Part shown: piece by piece, positions 38,884 through 51,345 of the stretch
Layout of the letters: each line of letters starts with the position of its first letter
Numbering within the stretch: the stretch's first letter is position 1
From: Hydrolagus colliei
Taxonomy: Eukaryota
Direction: 5' to 3'
Length of the DNA: 64,000 bases
Assembly (NCBI GenBank): GCA_035084275.1
Contig: CM068759.1
Span: 2,418,001-2,482,000 of the forward strand
Notes under the pieces: model-generated
Told to the model about the DNA's origin: nothing
The model's database searches: none
What the model saw: only the letters and a program-made list of their open reading frames with translations
Program-made: the position numbers and the translations under genes

Positions 38884-39329
38884 CTGCAATTATAATCTCA
38901 GATGCCCTCATTACAATCTCAACTGGCTCTTGGTTAGAACAGCAATTGGCATTAATTTCAGTAACCACCACATTGTGGAAAATGCAAACTTTGTTGGCCT
39001 CTTGCGTGCCATTGAATTCACTCAATGACCAAATGGAAAATCCAGCTGTTCATGTAACATTTGAAAAAGTAGTTTGTGTAAAAAAAAAGTACAGTAATTA
39101 GTTTGACAACACATATACTTCCACTTGGGATAAAACTTCTATAAAATAGGCTGTTAATGGGGTACAAATCTACATTTGGATCAGGGTAGGCATGAAAGTT
39201 ACATTTTCTTCTCCCCAACTTATTACAGTCGTACCAATAATGATTTGACGTAAGTGTCTGCCTGGATCACCCGAGAAACCCGTTGCAGCTGTTGACAGCC
39301 ATGTTCGACAAACAGCCATGGAACGAGCG

Positions 39330-39580
39330 AGCAATTTTATTTGGCGGATTCGTTGGCAAGCACACGGGAAAAAAACAAAAGCTTTCTCTTTTCGAGTAGT
39401 GCAATGGGATCTTTTAACTTCCACCTGAACAGGCAGATAGAACCAGGTCTCATCTAAAAGATGGCATTGACATACACACCCAATACTGACAGTGACAGCC
39501 TAGGTTATGAACTCTTTAAGTCCTGAGGTGGGGCTTAAATTTGTAGCTTTCTGGCACAGGGGTGAGACTGCCAGGCTGAC
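39330..39580 (-). mobile_element. Old Deu-domain SINE
   Basis: ATGGGATCTTTTAACTTCCACCTGAACAGGCAGA...GTCTCATCTAAAAG is the reverse Deu core. Confidence 0.7.
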
Positions 39581-40427
39581 AGCATGCATCTTCCAATTGA
39601 TGTCTGAAGGTTTGAACTCACAGACAATCTTATCTGGTTTAGTGTTAGTTTACTGCTTTCTCACAGTATTTGGACATTGTGAATGATGAATCAACGAGGC
39701 AAATTCTTTTCATCCATTGAGTTCATTTTAGGAGGTCATGGAGTAAATCACTGACTTCTGGCAGATTGATTTTTTTGCACAAAGATTACAAGATTAACAT
39801 TTTATGATTGTGATCGTAATTTATGATCATATGAACACGGGCTTGCTAATAAATGTTTTGCTTGGTTGAAGATTCCTGTGCTCTGCAGGTAAATGTAGCC
39901 CATTTAAAAAAAAAATCTGTCTATTCAAACCTGTTTAACTGTTGATTTCTCTATTTATTGAACACTCAATCAGTTAAGAAAAAAACCATTGAAGGGATAT
40001 TTCATACTTGAATAGATTCCAAGACAAACCTCTGTTACCTCAGGCTGTAACCTGGTAGTGGTTCCAGTATGTGAGTGTTGTGAGTATTAAAATAATGGTT
40101 ATCTAGAGAACACTGCAATTGGATTGTACAGTTTGCATTTAAGAGCTATGAATATAAACGCTCACCATGAAGGCTTGGTTTTGCTCTTTACTATTGGGGC
40201 AGGGAGCATTTGCCTTCGCATTGGGCCAATGAGAATGTTTGGGTTGCATCAGGATACATTTTTACCCTTTATGAATGTGTGGGGACACAACTCAGAACTG
40301 CGACAAAAATTCTTCCATTGTTCTGCCTGATGGGTACTCATTTGTAGAGTGCTTCTTCTGGCTTGGGACTGGCCCCACAGTGACTTTCCTTCCACCTTCT
40401 CCTTGGGTGGTTGGTTTTTTTCGAGCT

Positions 40428-40650
40428 CACAAGACTGGTCCGGATAAGTAAGACCATTTGACCCATCCGATCATATCCCTCCAGAACACCCACCCTACCA
40501 TCACCCCCGCACGGCATCAAGCTATCTTTCAAATGAGTCTCGTGAACTGGCCTTCGCCGCCTTTACAGCAGCGTGTTCCAGTTGTTGATTCCACTCTGCA
40601 TCAAGAAAAATGTCTGTCCTGAAATTGCCTTTTACAACGCTAAACTCGTA
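40428..40650 (-). mobile_element. CR1 LINE 3' end
   Basis: GACCATTTGACCCATC terminal motif; reverse strand reads AGAGTGGAATCAACAACTGGAAC (RV...WN). Confidence 0.7.
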
Positions 40651-41929
40651 TCCTTTTGTTCAACTGTTGTGTCCTCCTGACCTGAAAGGTGCTTTACAAA
40701 TATGTAATTTGCTGTTGTTGTTGTTGAGCTGGGGTAGCATAATTAGTCTCAGTGCTGTACTCCTATGTAAGGGAAACATCCTTCATTGAACGGTACCTGT
40801 TTGCAAAGGGCAGATGTAGGGTGAGAACAAAGGCAATCGTGATGCCGTTCAAGTGAATAACTCACTGTCTAGGCTTATGCATGAAACATACCGTAACCAT
40901 TTGAAAGAGGGATTTGAAGAATGGGCAATGTGTCCACTGTGATTCAGCATCTTCAGGATAAGAAAGACATACGAGCCGAAATAAACACCTTCAGTGTTAA
41001 CTGATCATAATATACTGCACTTTGCACTTAGTCAACACAGAATACATAGCCTCCCTTCGAAGGCAATGGATACAATTTATTATCAAGTACAAGTACAATA
41101 CTAAAAAGGGATTATTTATGCCTGTTATCAGCTAGATCAGTATTTAACTCTACATGCTAATGGCTAGTCACCTAAATATTTTAAAGCATATCAGACTGTT
41201 GATCAAAGCCTCCTCACAGCTATGCACAACTATTAATTCTGTTTTGGAATCAATGTGCGCAAAACTGTACAAATATTACAAATACCCCTAGCGAATACCT
41301 AATGTTTCTACAGCAGACGTCACGGCTTAAACATATCATGGATCTAAAAGCCAGTGGGTCTGAGTCCAATTACAATATCCACTTTGGAGCAAATCCAGGT
41401 ATTATTCTCAATTAATTTACTTTTGAACTTCCAAGGGAGGATTAAGATCGAGAGCAACATAGAAAGAATTTATAGAAATTGTTACGAAAACTGTAACTTA
41501 TCTGATCATATCTGGCACCCCACAAGCACACAAGTAGTCCAAAATCTAAACTTAATTTAAAGGTAACATTGTTCCTGAACAAAAAGTGAAATTTCTTCGT
41601 GATATTGATAATAACACACCGAATCAGCAAATATTTTGTGGCCTCTTTTCAAACAGTTAGTTGCACTAAACAAAATAATGACTTTTTTTCCCTTCATTAT
41701 AAGCAAATTAACGAGAAAGTGATGACAAAACATTCACAGAAAATTCCAATGTTAGAGTTAATTAGCAATTACATAAACTATCCACTGTTAAACTTGATAC
41801 CTCCACTACTTAGTAAAACTTAGCAAAATAAGTGATTTTCTAAACAATTAAAATGAGGCCTTTGAACAAAGGAATTCTGTGTGAGGATTTATCATTTGAA
41901 GATGTGCAATCAGCCAAGTCCATGTGTTT

Positions 41930-42120
41930 ATAATAATGCTTGAATTTGATATTGCGCTTGTCACATCTTCTGGACATTTCAACGCGCTTCACAAAGTATA
42001 CTGTAAAGTGAATTGGCTGTATATTTGTGGGAGAAACGCGGCAGCCAATTGCGCACATCAGTATCCCACAAACGGGTGTGGATTGAAATGACCAATTTTA
42101 TTATTGTGTTTTTTTGAGGA
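41930..42120 (-). mobile_element. SINE 3' half
   Basis: Deu and tail match. Confidence 0.85.
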
Positions 42121-42669
42121 CGCGTTTGATGAGTTCTTCTTATTTTAGGATCTAAGGAATGGGGAAGAGCATGTTTATAAATTTTGGCGTACAACTGGCG
42201 ATAAAACAACCTGGGAGCAAAGTCTTTCACCATATAAAAGAGTTGACAAACACCTGGACAAATAAAAATCCAAGCAACTATTGAGCAGTCAAGTCAAACC
42301 TGAGTCTTGCTCGATCTGAATGACAGTTTCAAAGAAACAAAGCAAATAATGAAGTAGCTTTACTTTGGAAACACTTGGGTGCAGGTTTCCACTTGCCAAG
42401 AACAATAACAACAAAATTACACTTATAGAGCGCCTTTCACGTCGGGAGGACATCCCAAGGCACTGAAAATGTATACCTCTAACAATACTGTGAGGTAAAG
42501 AATGTGATAATTATTGCCGGTGATAATGATCAAATTGTTGGAAAGCGTGAAATCATTTCCAAACTTAGCCTTCATTCTTTTTGCCAAATCGCAAATAGTT
42601 ACTGTTTTAGATATTGAGACACGGTCCCTGTTCTTTGTTGAATTCTGCTTCTCGATGAATATGTCTTAA

Positions 42670-43193
42670 AACCCAATCCAGTGAACAGTCGTGATTACAT
42701 TGCTAGATTTTAATGTCGATAGATAAATATTGTGAATGAATGTCTGTATTTGTATGGATGATTTCCCCTGGTTAGCCAAGCTAATGAAGGAGAGGTCCAG
42801 TCCATATTCACAGAAATAAACATACAATTGTATAATAGAAAAACACCCACTGCCAATAATCCTTGGCCACGACTGACGTCCAAACACCCGAACAGATGCA
42901 GGGAAAGTCATTGGCCTTATTCCCCAATCCATTTCGTAATATTGAACTAACAAGTCCTGATTGAGTGTTAATAAATGCATGAAGACTTGCTATCCTAATC
43001 TAAAAGCTGTTTAAATTTATAAGTAGCCTTAGGATGTTTACCACAGATCAGTGTGCTTCGAATATACTGTATGTGTATTTTGCCACGTGAAATTATGAAG
43101 CGATTTTGCACAAGCAACCGCAGCCTGCGTTTGCAAATCCTTCTCAAATTGCTGGACTTTGCGGCAAATGGAATTTCTCGATTGTACAGCACT
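42670..43193 (-). pseudogene. Unit 1 exon relic (~aa 1040 onward)
   Basis: GCAG acceptor. SSNLRRICKRRLRLL vs GASLDRWSKEKLGLI. Two consecutive open frames (65 and 104 aa). Confidence 0.5.
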
Positions 43194-43699
43194 CTGCTTC
43201 ACAAACTAATCAGTATGCAATAACGCAAAATATTGATTAAAAAATGCACTTTTATAATGCCTTGGTTAAACAGGAACTGTTTCTGAGATGAAGGAGAACA
43301 TTTTGCCAGGTGGCTTGTCTTAATTAACACAAGGAAAAGGATAAGAAATACCACAAATTTTGCCCCATACATCTGCCTGAATATACATGCATCAGTTGCC
43401 TGGATTAGCAGAATAATCTTTTTTTAACCATTATTCCTCATCAAATTTTATGAGGAATAATGGTTACCAATAATCCAATTTATTTACCAATAATCCAACT
43501 AATAATAAACCAATAATTACTTTCAAGCTACCTGTATATCAAATAACTCACCACACTCTGTTAAGTGAGTACTGTATAACTATGCAATTGTCTTACTTGT
43601 GAACCTTATTTGTGAACCTATCCAATATTCTACTGAATTAATTTGAAAGCAATAGTTAACAGGATTATATTTGCCGAGCTCTGTTATATGTTAAGTCTT

Positions 43700-44285
43700 G
43701 TTTACTGCATATCAAACGTAAGTATTTCTTCAGCTTTGGGATGCAGTGGAAGAAATAATAGTTTATTCATATACAACACAGACAGCCGGTAGATAATTCC
43801 CCAGGCACATTGCGAGCAATTCACCTTGCACACAACACAATACAAGTCCTCCTAGTTTACAGATACACACTGCCACTAATGGGTCTTCTAGTTGGCAAAT
43901 CCTCCGCAGGGAATTGTGCTCAGCTTCTCTCCTTCCTATTACCACTGCATCCTGCTCACAGGTCAGGCAAAGCAGACAGAAAAGCGTATGAAGTCGTAGT
44001 TCTTATATCTCGATGTCTCTCAGCAGGCTTTAATGAGCAAAAGGCCTCATTTCCTCTGAAGTGTCCATGAATTAGTTATTGCCAGCATTTTAAGTGAACT
44101 CACACTTCCTTTGGATCAAAGTTCATTCCATGATCGTTTCGCCTCAGACTTCAGCCTCTCGATTAAGTGTTTCCATAACAACCACGACACGCCGGATCCA
44201 AGTTGTTAGAATTGCTCGTGTCATGGACACTGCTTGTCAGCTTTGTTGTAATAATTATTACACGCCGCCACAGTCTCACAACACT
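43700..44285 (-). pseudogene. Unit 1 exon relic (~aa 890-1010)
   Basis: AFLSALPDL* vs CLLESMPKEW; LVAVCICKLGGLVLC vs AVSIVISKLPTVIAC. Confidence 0.55.
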
Positions 44286-44789
44286 GCTAAATAGTAGTAA
44301 TAATGATAATCCTTGCATTTGATACAGTGTCAATTTTGATGTCTCAAAGCGCTTTTTAAGATAATGTAAAGTATTATGACTGTTTTTTGAAGGAAAACAG
44401 TTGCTAATAGATTAAAAACAACATTTTGGGTGAATTGTTCATCAATCAAAATGTGGAATTTTGGATAGATGCTATGTTTTGGAAATGTATAATTATTTTA
44501 AAAAAGGAGTATTCATTTCAGGATGCTCGCTACGTGCTTGATGTCACTGCATTACTAATACTGGGAGGGTGGATGGAAGGGAGGAGATGTGAAGAGCAGT
44601 GTGTGGAGTTCCATGATGTGAACGAGCTAACTCTGAATTCCTGAAGTTGACCTCCACTGAACAAACATCTCAGTGACAGATGGTGACACTTAAATATTGG
44701 AGTAGAAAGCGGGTTGCGTCAGAAGAGGTTTGATATGGTGACTAAAGTACAATAATAATTTCAGTGATATTGTAAATCCCTCCTATGGC

Positions 44790-44932
44790 TAATAATAAGA
44801 TGCCTCAAAGCACTTCACAGGATATTCTTTAAAGTGAATTGACTGTGTATTTGAGGGCGAAACGCGGCAGCCAATTGCACACAGAGGTGTCCCACAAACA
44901 GTCATGGATTGAATTGACCAATTTATTATTGT
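44790..44932 (-). mobile_element. SINE 3' half
   Basis: Deu and tail match. Confidence 0.85.
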
Positions 44933-45245
44933 TTAAATAGTTTATTGTTTAAACAGTTGTTCATTGTTGTGTGTATATATAATAAGTGGTATTTTCATAC
45001 AGAGCATCCAATGTAACAATAGTAAGAATTGTTAAATCTTACTATTGTTACGTTGGGTGCTCTGAATAATTCAGGGTTAATTTTATAAGCAAACAGTCCA
45101 TTTCCTGCATTTTGGCTCGCTTTGAATGAGATGCCACTCAAGTACACTATCACGAAAATACACTGACGACAAGCACTGCTGACATAATGTCACCAGTGAT
45201 TGTGCAATTGCTTTTAATATTTTGCCTACAGTTTTTAAAGGTTAC

Positions 45246-45440
45246 CATCCCAGCTGGCTGTGCTTTTCTAAGCCTTTACAGAAAGTATAGCCAATGTTAT
45301 GTTTTGCTGTAAATATCTTACAGATGGCTGGATCTTGGCGCTCACATTGAAAAAAGATTTTGAACATTCTGCACGCAATCTTTGCTTGCTTAATGCGCCC
45401 TGCCCTTTGGGACCTAATATTTGGTTCCCACCACATGCGT
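45246..45440 (-). pseudogene. Unit 1 exon relic (~aa 845-890)
   Basis: KIACRMFKIFFQCERQDPAICKIF vs QIAEAIFTILSCCSWSPQSLGDVF; GTAACC donor. Confidence 0.6.
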
Positions 45441-45931
45441 ATGAAAGATATCACCACATAAGCCAAGAAGAAAAAACATTTTACCTCCATTCTAGTATTT
45501 TTTTGTTCACGCAGGAAGAAACAACCTTTTCAACGTGTAAACTGTCAGAACAAGCTTAAATTGTTTTGGTGATTGGGTCTTGCTGGGATAAGTAGTAGGG
45601 ATATGTTCTATTGTTCACAGTTCCAGGAGGCTGGAGTGTGTACGTCTGTTATCATGAGGGTACCATGTGGGAAACATTTCAACTCGCTTCCTATTCACTC
45701 TTCCTTGCGACTGAAGTGTGCCTACGGTATAAATGAGGCATGTTCATGGTATTAATGTGGATCCCCTCTTTGGGTGCAAGCTGTTATGTTAGGTAACACA
45801 TTAAATGTGCATTATCAAAGTCTCTTGCTCTTGTGAAATAATGGCTGGAGTTCACTGTTGTTTACCACTGTTCTAAGTTGCATTTGCATTCATACCAGGA
45901 ATAAAAATGAAGATGAAAATCTACGTTTCAC

Positions 45932-46100
45932 CTTTATCAGCACCTGTGTAGATTGGTTTTCTAATTCAGTCCAGTTAGTATATTAAAAAAAACAGTTACA
46001 AGCAAGACCAGTTGCCAACTGTGCCAGTTGCTGGAAAATTTAAAATTTAATTGGAATCGCCACAATTCAGCCAGGAATTGTGATCTTCCCACACCGAGTG
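45932..46100 (-). pseudogene. Unit 1 exon relic (~aa 800-840)
   Basis: FQLNFKFSSNWHSWQLVL vs GQLKLLLSQPRCNWNLLL; GTGAAA donor; acceptor appears mutated. Confidence 0.6.
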
Positions 46101-48104
46101 GCGAAACAAAGAAAAACTGAACAATAAGAAAGTGCAAAACAGACGTAAAGCAGCTACACATTCACATGAAGCACACCACCAACAAATGACATTGATATAC
46201 GTAGTGCCTTTCACATATGAAGGACGTCCCAAGGCGCTGGACAGTTAAGGATTTGCACTCTTTATGGCCTGATGGCTTGGGGATGCTTTGACTTTGGGGA
46301 GGGATGAACAAAATCGGTCTCCGCTGAGAAAAGTTGAATACGTGCGAAACGGTAACTGCCCAAAAAAATTAAATTCAAGGCGAAACTCTCATTTTGCTCA
46401 TTTGTTTGCCTGTTAATTGAGCTGAGCTCTGGCTGGGTTGGGGGAAAATAGCAGCTGCGGCTATTAAGACAGGTATATCCATATTATTAGCTCGGCTCCA
46501 TCTGAGCTAACACAACAGCATTAAGAGCAGGATTTTTTTGTGAGTGCTTTTGGTCCACCGGGGATGAGGCCCAAACTGCCAGAACTCATTTTATCTTCCT
46601 ATCATGAGCTGTGACCTGCTCTTAGTTTGTCTTCTCTTTGCTGTACAGGCACTAAGCAGCGCAGATGCGAATGAAATTTATTTGATCAAAGTTGCGTTCA
46701 AGGACTTGCCTCTATTCTCTATATATTTTTCTCTGGCCGTCAACAGCCCCATTCCCTGCCCACCTCAGAAAAAAATTATGAGGGAGTTTATTTTTCGATC
46801 AGAATAATCTCATTTTCTATGTGTATTCCAATTCCCAACCCCTGTCCCCCACCACCACCCTTCGAATTCAGAAGGGCATTGAAACAGCACAATGTAAGGA
46901 GACGCATTATCTTATTCACAAAGAATTTGAATTAATCATGTGTGTTACTAAGCACATAGATATCAAGGGAAAATATGTCAATAGGAATTAGAGGGAGAAT
47001 ATGGCAAGACCAATCAAATCTTAAATCAGATTGTTTCTATTTAAATTAACTATGCCCTCCAGACGAATAACAATTGCCCTCCAGATTGTATAGTCACCAG
47101 ATGTAACTGATTTCTGCTTTTATATATTCTGTGCTGAATGCAAATGAATTTCCATTTTGACTAGCATTCTTCCCAAAAGTTAATCCCAATTAAAATTTTA
47201 CGCAACGCAGTTTCTTAAGCAGATATGCTTCAAGCTGTGAAGGATATCAATATTTAATAGGATAATTGAGTGAAATGACTTTCTAAGAGCACACAGAAGG
47301 TGGGAATACCCTGGACAGTGTGGTTTTGTGGGAGGACGGTTGATTCACATACACAGTGTTAGACAGGTTGTCATGGACAATATGAATAAGATAATAGTGC
47401 ACTAGAGGGCATTATATATTTTGCCTTTTTTACTGCCTCATTGACTTTATATGATGACCATTTGGCTCGTGACAAACAGGACAATGGGGTTCCAGGAGAA
47501 AGCAGGCTGCTACCCTACTCACTGAGCGCTGGCAATCTGGTTGTGGTAGTTATCTAACGAGTAAATCACCAGTATTGTAAACTCTTTCCTGCTGCTCTAA
47601 ACAGTAACACTTGCTCTGATGTGTCTGAGGTGACATTTTAAGGTTTCTTAGCTGGGGTGAACCCCAGCTAACATCAAAGTATTCTCCATTGGTTGACAAT
47701 GTATTGCATTTTGGACTATGATCTGTACCGTTGTGCCTATTTTGTACCATATAATTTTAGCGTAACTTGTGGCAAGGGAGAAGGCACACCCCCAAACAGT
47801 CAAACTGTGCAGGAAAAAAGATTTTCTTTGCATTCTATCAAAACCATCTTCAGTTAGATAGACACCAATACAGTGAAAGATCTCCTCTCCCACTAATCCA
47901 TCCACTCACTATAACAAAGACTTCCCTTTGACTGGCAATGAAATATTAGTCAATTTAATCACTAATAGGCCAATTCCCCCATTTATTGAGACTGTCTACA
48001 ATATATGTGAAGCAAGATTGGCTTCTGTTTGTTGATCTTACATTTCCTAAGTACTGTACTTAGGTAAAGTAAGATCCTACTTATGAACAAATACATCTTA
48101 TTAC

Positions 48105-48315
48105 AGTAGAATATAGGGTTAGAAGTGCAGCCAGGGAGAGCAAAGGCTTTGAGTGAACTCAATTGAGCAAACTTTGCTTTTTTCAGCTTGAGCGACAAAT
48201 TTTGATGAGTCGTTGGCCTGAATACAGTAGATAGCAAAAAAAAATAATTTCTCACAGTGGTGGAAAGTGAGCAGTTTAACTACACAACTTGTCAGGTTGT
48301 GAAACATTCCTTGTC
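48105..48315 (-). pseudogene. Unit 1 exon relic (~aa 720-790)
   Basis: CCTTCAG acceptor, GTAATA donor. TFHHCEKLF vs IHTHCNNLF; SPWLHF vs LYWVSC. Confidence 0.6.
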
Positions 48316-49119
48316 CTGAAGGATTCAGATAGCAGCTGAACAAAGTGAACGACAAAGCCCAGTCTTGTCAGAAGCTGATTTAGATACTCCAGTGAATTAG
48401 CAAGTGCAGAAATCCATCATTTGTTATCAGTCGGATTGCAACCGAAAAAGTCCAGAATGGAGATGTTTTCGAAAAGGTGGTCGAACCGAGTTGTAACATG
48501 CAGCTTCAAATAGAATCAAATACTGTATGTCTCGTAAGTGAAAGCCTCACAGTATGGTGGGGCCTTACAGTATTGACTAAAAAGTATCAACGGAAAATGT
48601 ACCAAACTCTTCTCAAATTCTGAAGATTAAAAACACAGGCAGATTAGGGCTGTGGAAAAATGTATACATTTGTAATCGATTATTGATGGCCTACAATTTT
48701 ACTGATCCAGATACAAAACGCTAGAGTTAATATATTCCAGCTGTTTTCTGCTTTGTTGGGTTTGCTTCTTTCGGATTTTAAATTGCATCCTTGTTTAGCA
48801 TTTCGGAGCGAATTATATCCGCAGTTTTGCATTTTGCTCTATACCCAGGGTAGAATCTTTCAGTTATGCCCCAATTAAAATCCTCAATTACCATTAAATA
48901 GTATGTGCAAGAGATCAATGAATATTTAACAACCTTTCACATCTGTACGGCTGAGAATAGGGTTGAGACAGAAGTGAACCGGGAAACTACACAAGAGAAA
49001 AATGCTGTTATTGGCATATGGTTCACAGATATCATTCCATAGAAATGAAGGCAGAGTGTTTTGGGGGAAATAATACATTTAACACTGTGTTCCCTCAGGT
49101 TTAGAATTAGTCAATACGG

Positions 49120-49345
49120 TGTGGTTACAGGTGCAAAGGCCAATTTCAAGACAGACATCAGGAAGTTTTTCTTTACTCTGAGAGTAATTAACGACTGGAG
49201 TAGCCAAGAAGGGTTGTTGAGGCCAGCGCAGTGGGACTCATTTAAAAGCAGCTTGATGTCATGATGTGAGGACAGTCACGTGTGTGTGTGTGTGTCCAGG
49301 ACAGATGAGATTAGGTGAGCCGAAGGGCCTTCTTCATCTGAACTC
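49120..49345 (+). mobile_element. CR1 LINE 3' end
   Basis: KANFKTDIRKFFFTLRVINDW; terminal GAGCCGAAGGGCCTTCTTCATC. Confidence 0.85.
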
Positions 49346-50236
49346 AAATTGCCATCTTGTGTTGCTGGAAGATGCTGAAAATGAGTTTAACTGTTGTCCT
49401 TTTGAGGTCACTGTCAAACGCTCTGGGACGTTACCTCGCGTGGAGGGCGTTGGATAAATGCAAGTTGCTCTTGTTGCTGTTATTCATTGCTCAGGAATTA
49501 TTCCTTAACAACTGAGGCACTGTTAATTAACCCTCTCCGGTTCATTTGCTGCTTGGTACTCTTTGCTAGTGTTGGTTCACTTTCATGGCTACTTGTTGTG
49601 AGCCTGTGACTTTCTTGCCTGTGAACTCTGCAGACTCGACTTCAATTTATGGCTCAAAAGTTTACTTTACGATGTTTGTTCTGTTATAAAACTGATCCGA
49701 GCCCAATGAGATTGGTTAATGATTTAACCTGTAACGCAATTGGTGCTTGACATGTTTACTTGTATTTTTGCATCATGATCTGTGCTCATCTACATGAAGA
49801 GACATTTTTCCACATTTGCACCCAACATCCAACATTTTGCAGTATTGAGGGTATTGTAACATAAGAGCTCCGAGACATTACCTCACATGAAAGGCACTAT
49901 ATAAATACAAATAGCGCAAGTTTAGAGTATTACTTAGCTTCTCAACAGAGAAACTCCAAGTTGAGATACTCCAAACTAATTTCATGGAATACTTCCTTTA
50001 GAAATCTGCTGGTAGATTGCATGGGAGTGTGTGCTACTACAGAGTACAGATAGAAACAATGGGAAAAAGAGAGCTAGGTGGAAAGGAAACCCAACTTTCT
50101 GGCTTTGATTTCGCCATATGTTGTGGCGTTCATGACCAAAACACTCAATAGAAGGAAAGCCACCCTAAGCTGGTTAGCAAATCGAGCAACCTTGATCCCA
50201 CAAATCTGGTATGAATTTGCACCCAGGTATCTGAGA

Positions 50237-50490
50237 TGAAGGGCGAAACCCTGGGCAAGTTTCTTCACTCCACATGCCTGATAATAAATAATCCCTCAAA
50301 ACAAAACAACAATAAATTGGTCACTTCAATCCACGACTATTTGTGGGACACCGCTGTGCACAATTGGCTGCCAGGTTTCGCCCACAAGTATGCAGTCAAT
50401 TCACTTTACAGGATGTTTCTGTGAAGCATTTTGAGACATCTAGAAGACGTGAAAAGCGCTGTATTGATTGCAATCATTATTATTATTATT
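50237..50490 (+). mobile_element. 5'-truncated young SINE
   Basis: AGGGCGAAACCCTGGGCAAGTTTC, Deu domain, tail and (TAT)n. Confidence 0.9.
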
Positions 50491-50984
50491 TTGAATGAAA
50501 CATCTTCCATATTAAACTCTTGGGTTATTTCAATATAACTCTCAAACTTCAGATCACTCCAGTTTATTAGGAAGATTATAACAGATTAAAGGTTAAAGTA
50601 CCTGTTAGTTTTACTTTAGGAATAGAGTATGACCAAGGAGTTCAAATAAGTCTGGTTTGATCCAAATTGAATCATGGCTAGTTTGAGGATTTGTGTGTGT
50701 GTGTGTGTGTGCACTCTAGCATTTATCATTGGGGTAAATTGAGCTAGAAAAAGATTACTAGTTCTTAAAATAAATACGGAATATAACAGCTTAGCCATTA
50801 TATTAGACTGTATGCAAATGCCCTTTAGGCGTAACAACTCGTTGAACAATAATTCTTACATTATAACTCACAAAGCTCCAGACTTGGCAGCTCATTTTGA
50901 TTCTCAAGGGCATTAATGGAACCTGCTATCTAGAGAAAAAAACATTTTCACTGTAGATTTAAAATAAAAAAAATAAACGAATCC

Positions 50985-51345
50985 TGGCTGTGTCAAATGT
51001 AAGGCGCCATGTAGAGTGGCATCTCGGAGCACTTAACACTGGCGGAGGTTGACTCCAAGCCGAGGTGGGGGGTGAATAGCAATAATAATAACAATAATAA
51101 TATTTGTTACGTGTGGGGGGAGGGCAGGTGGCTGTAAGCATGGTAGAAGAGGAAGATTTTCAGGTGGGGTTTAAAAAAGGGGAGAGAAGAAGGCAAGGGG
51201 GAGGGATCGAGGGGGAGTTTCTGGGTGTAGTGGCTGAGAGCACAAACTCCGATGGTGCGGCAGAGGGTGTGAGGGATGAGCAGGAGGCCGGTATGTTGAG
51301 CGGATTGCGGTACGAGGAGGTTGGAGAGGTGGGGAGGTGCCAGAG
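50985..51345 (-). mobile_element. Degenerate L2 3' fragment
   Basis: Purine-rich pattern like the other antisense L2 ends. Confidence 0.6.
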
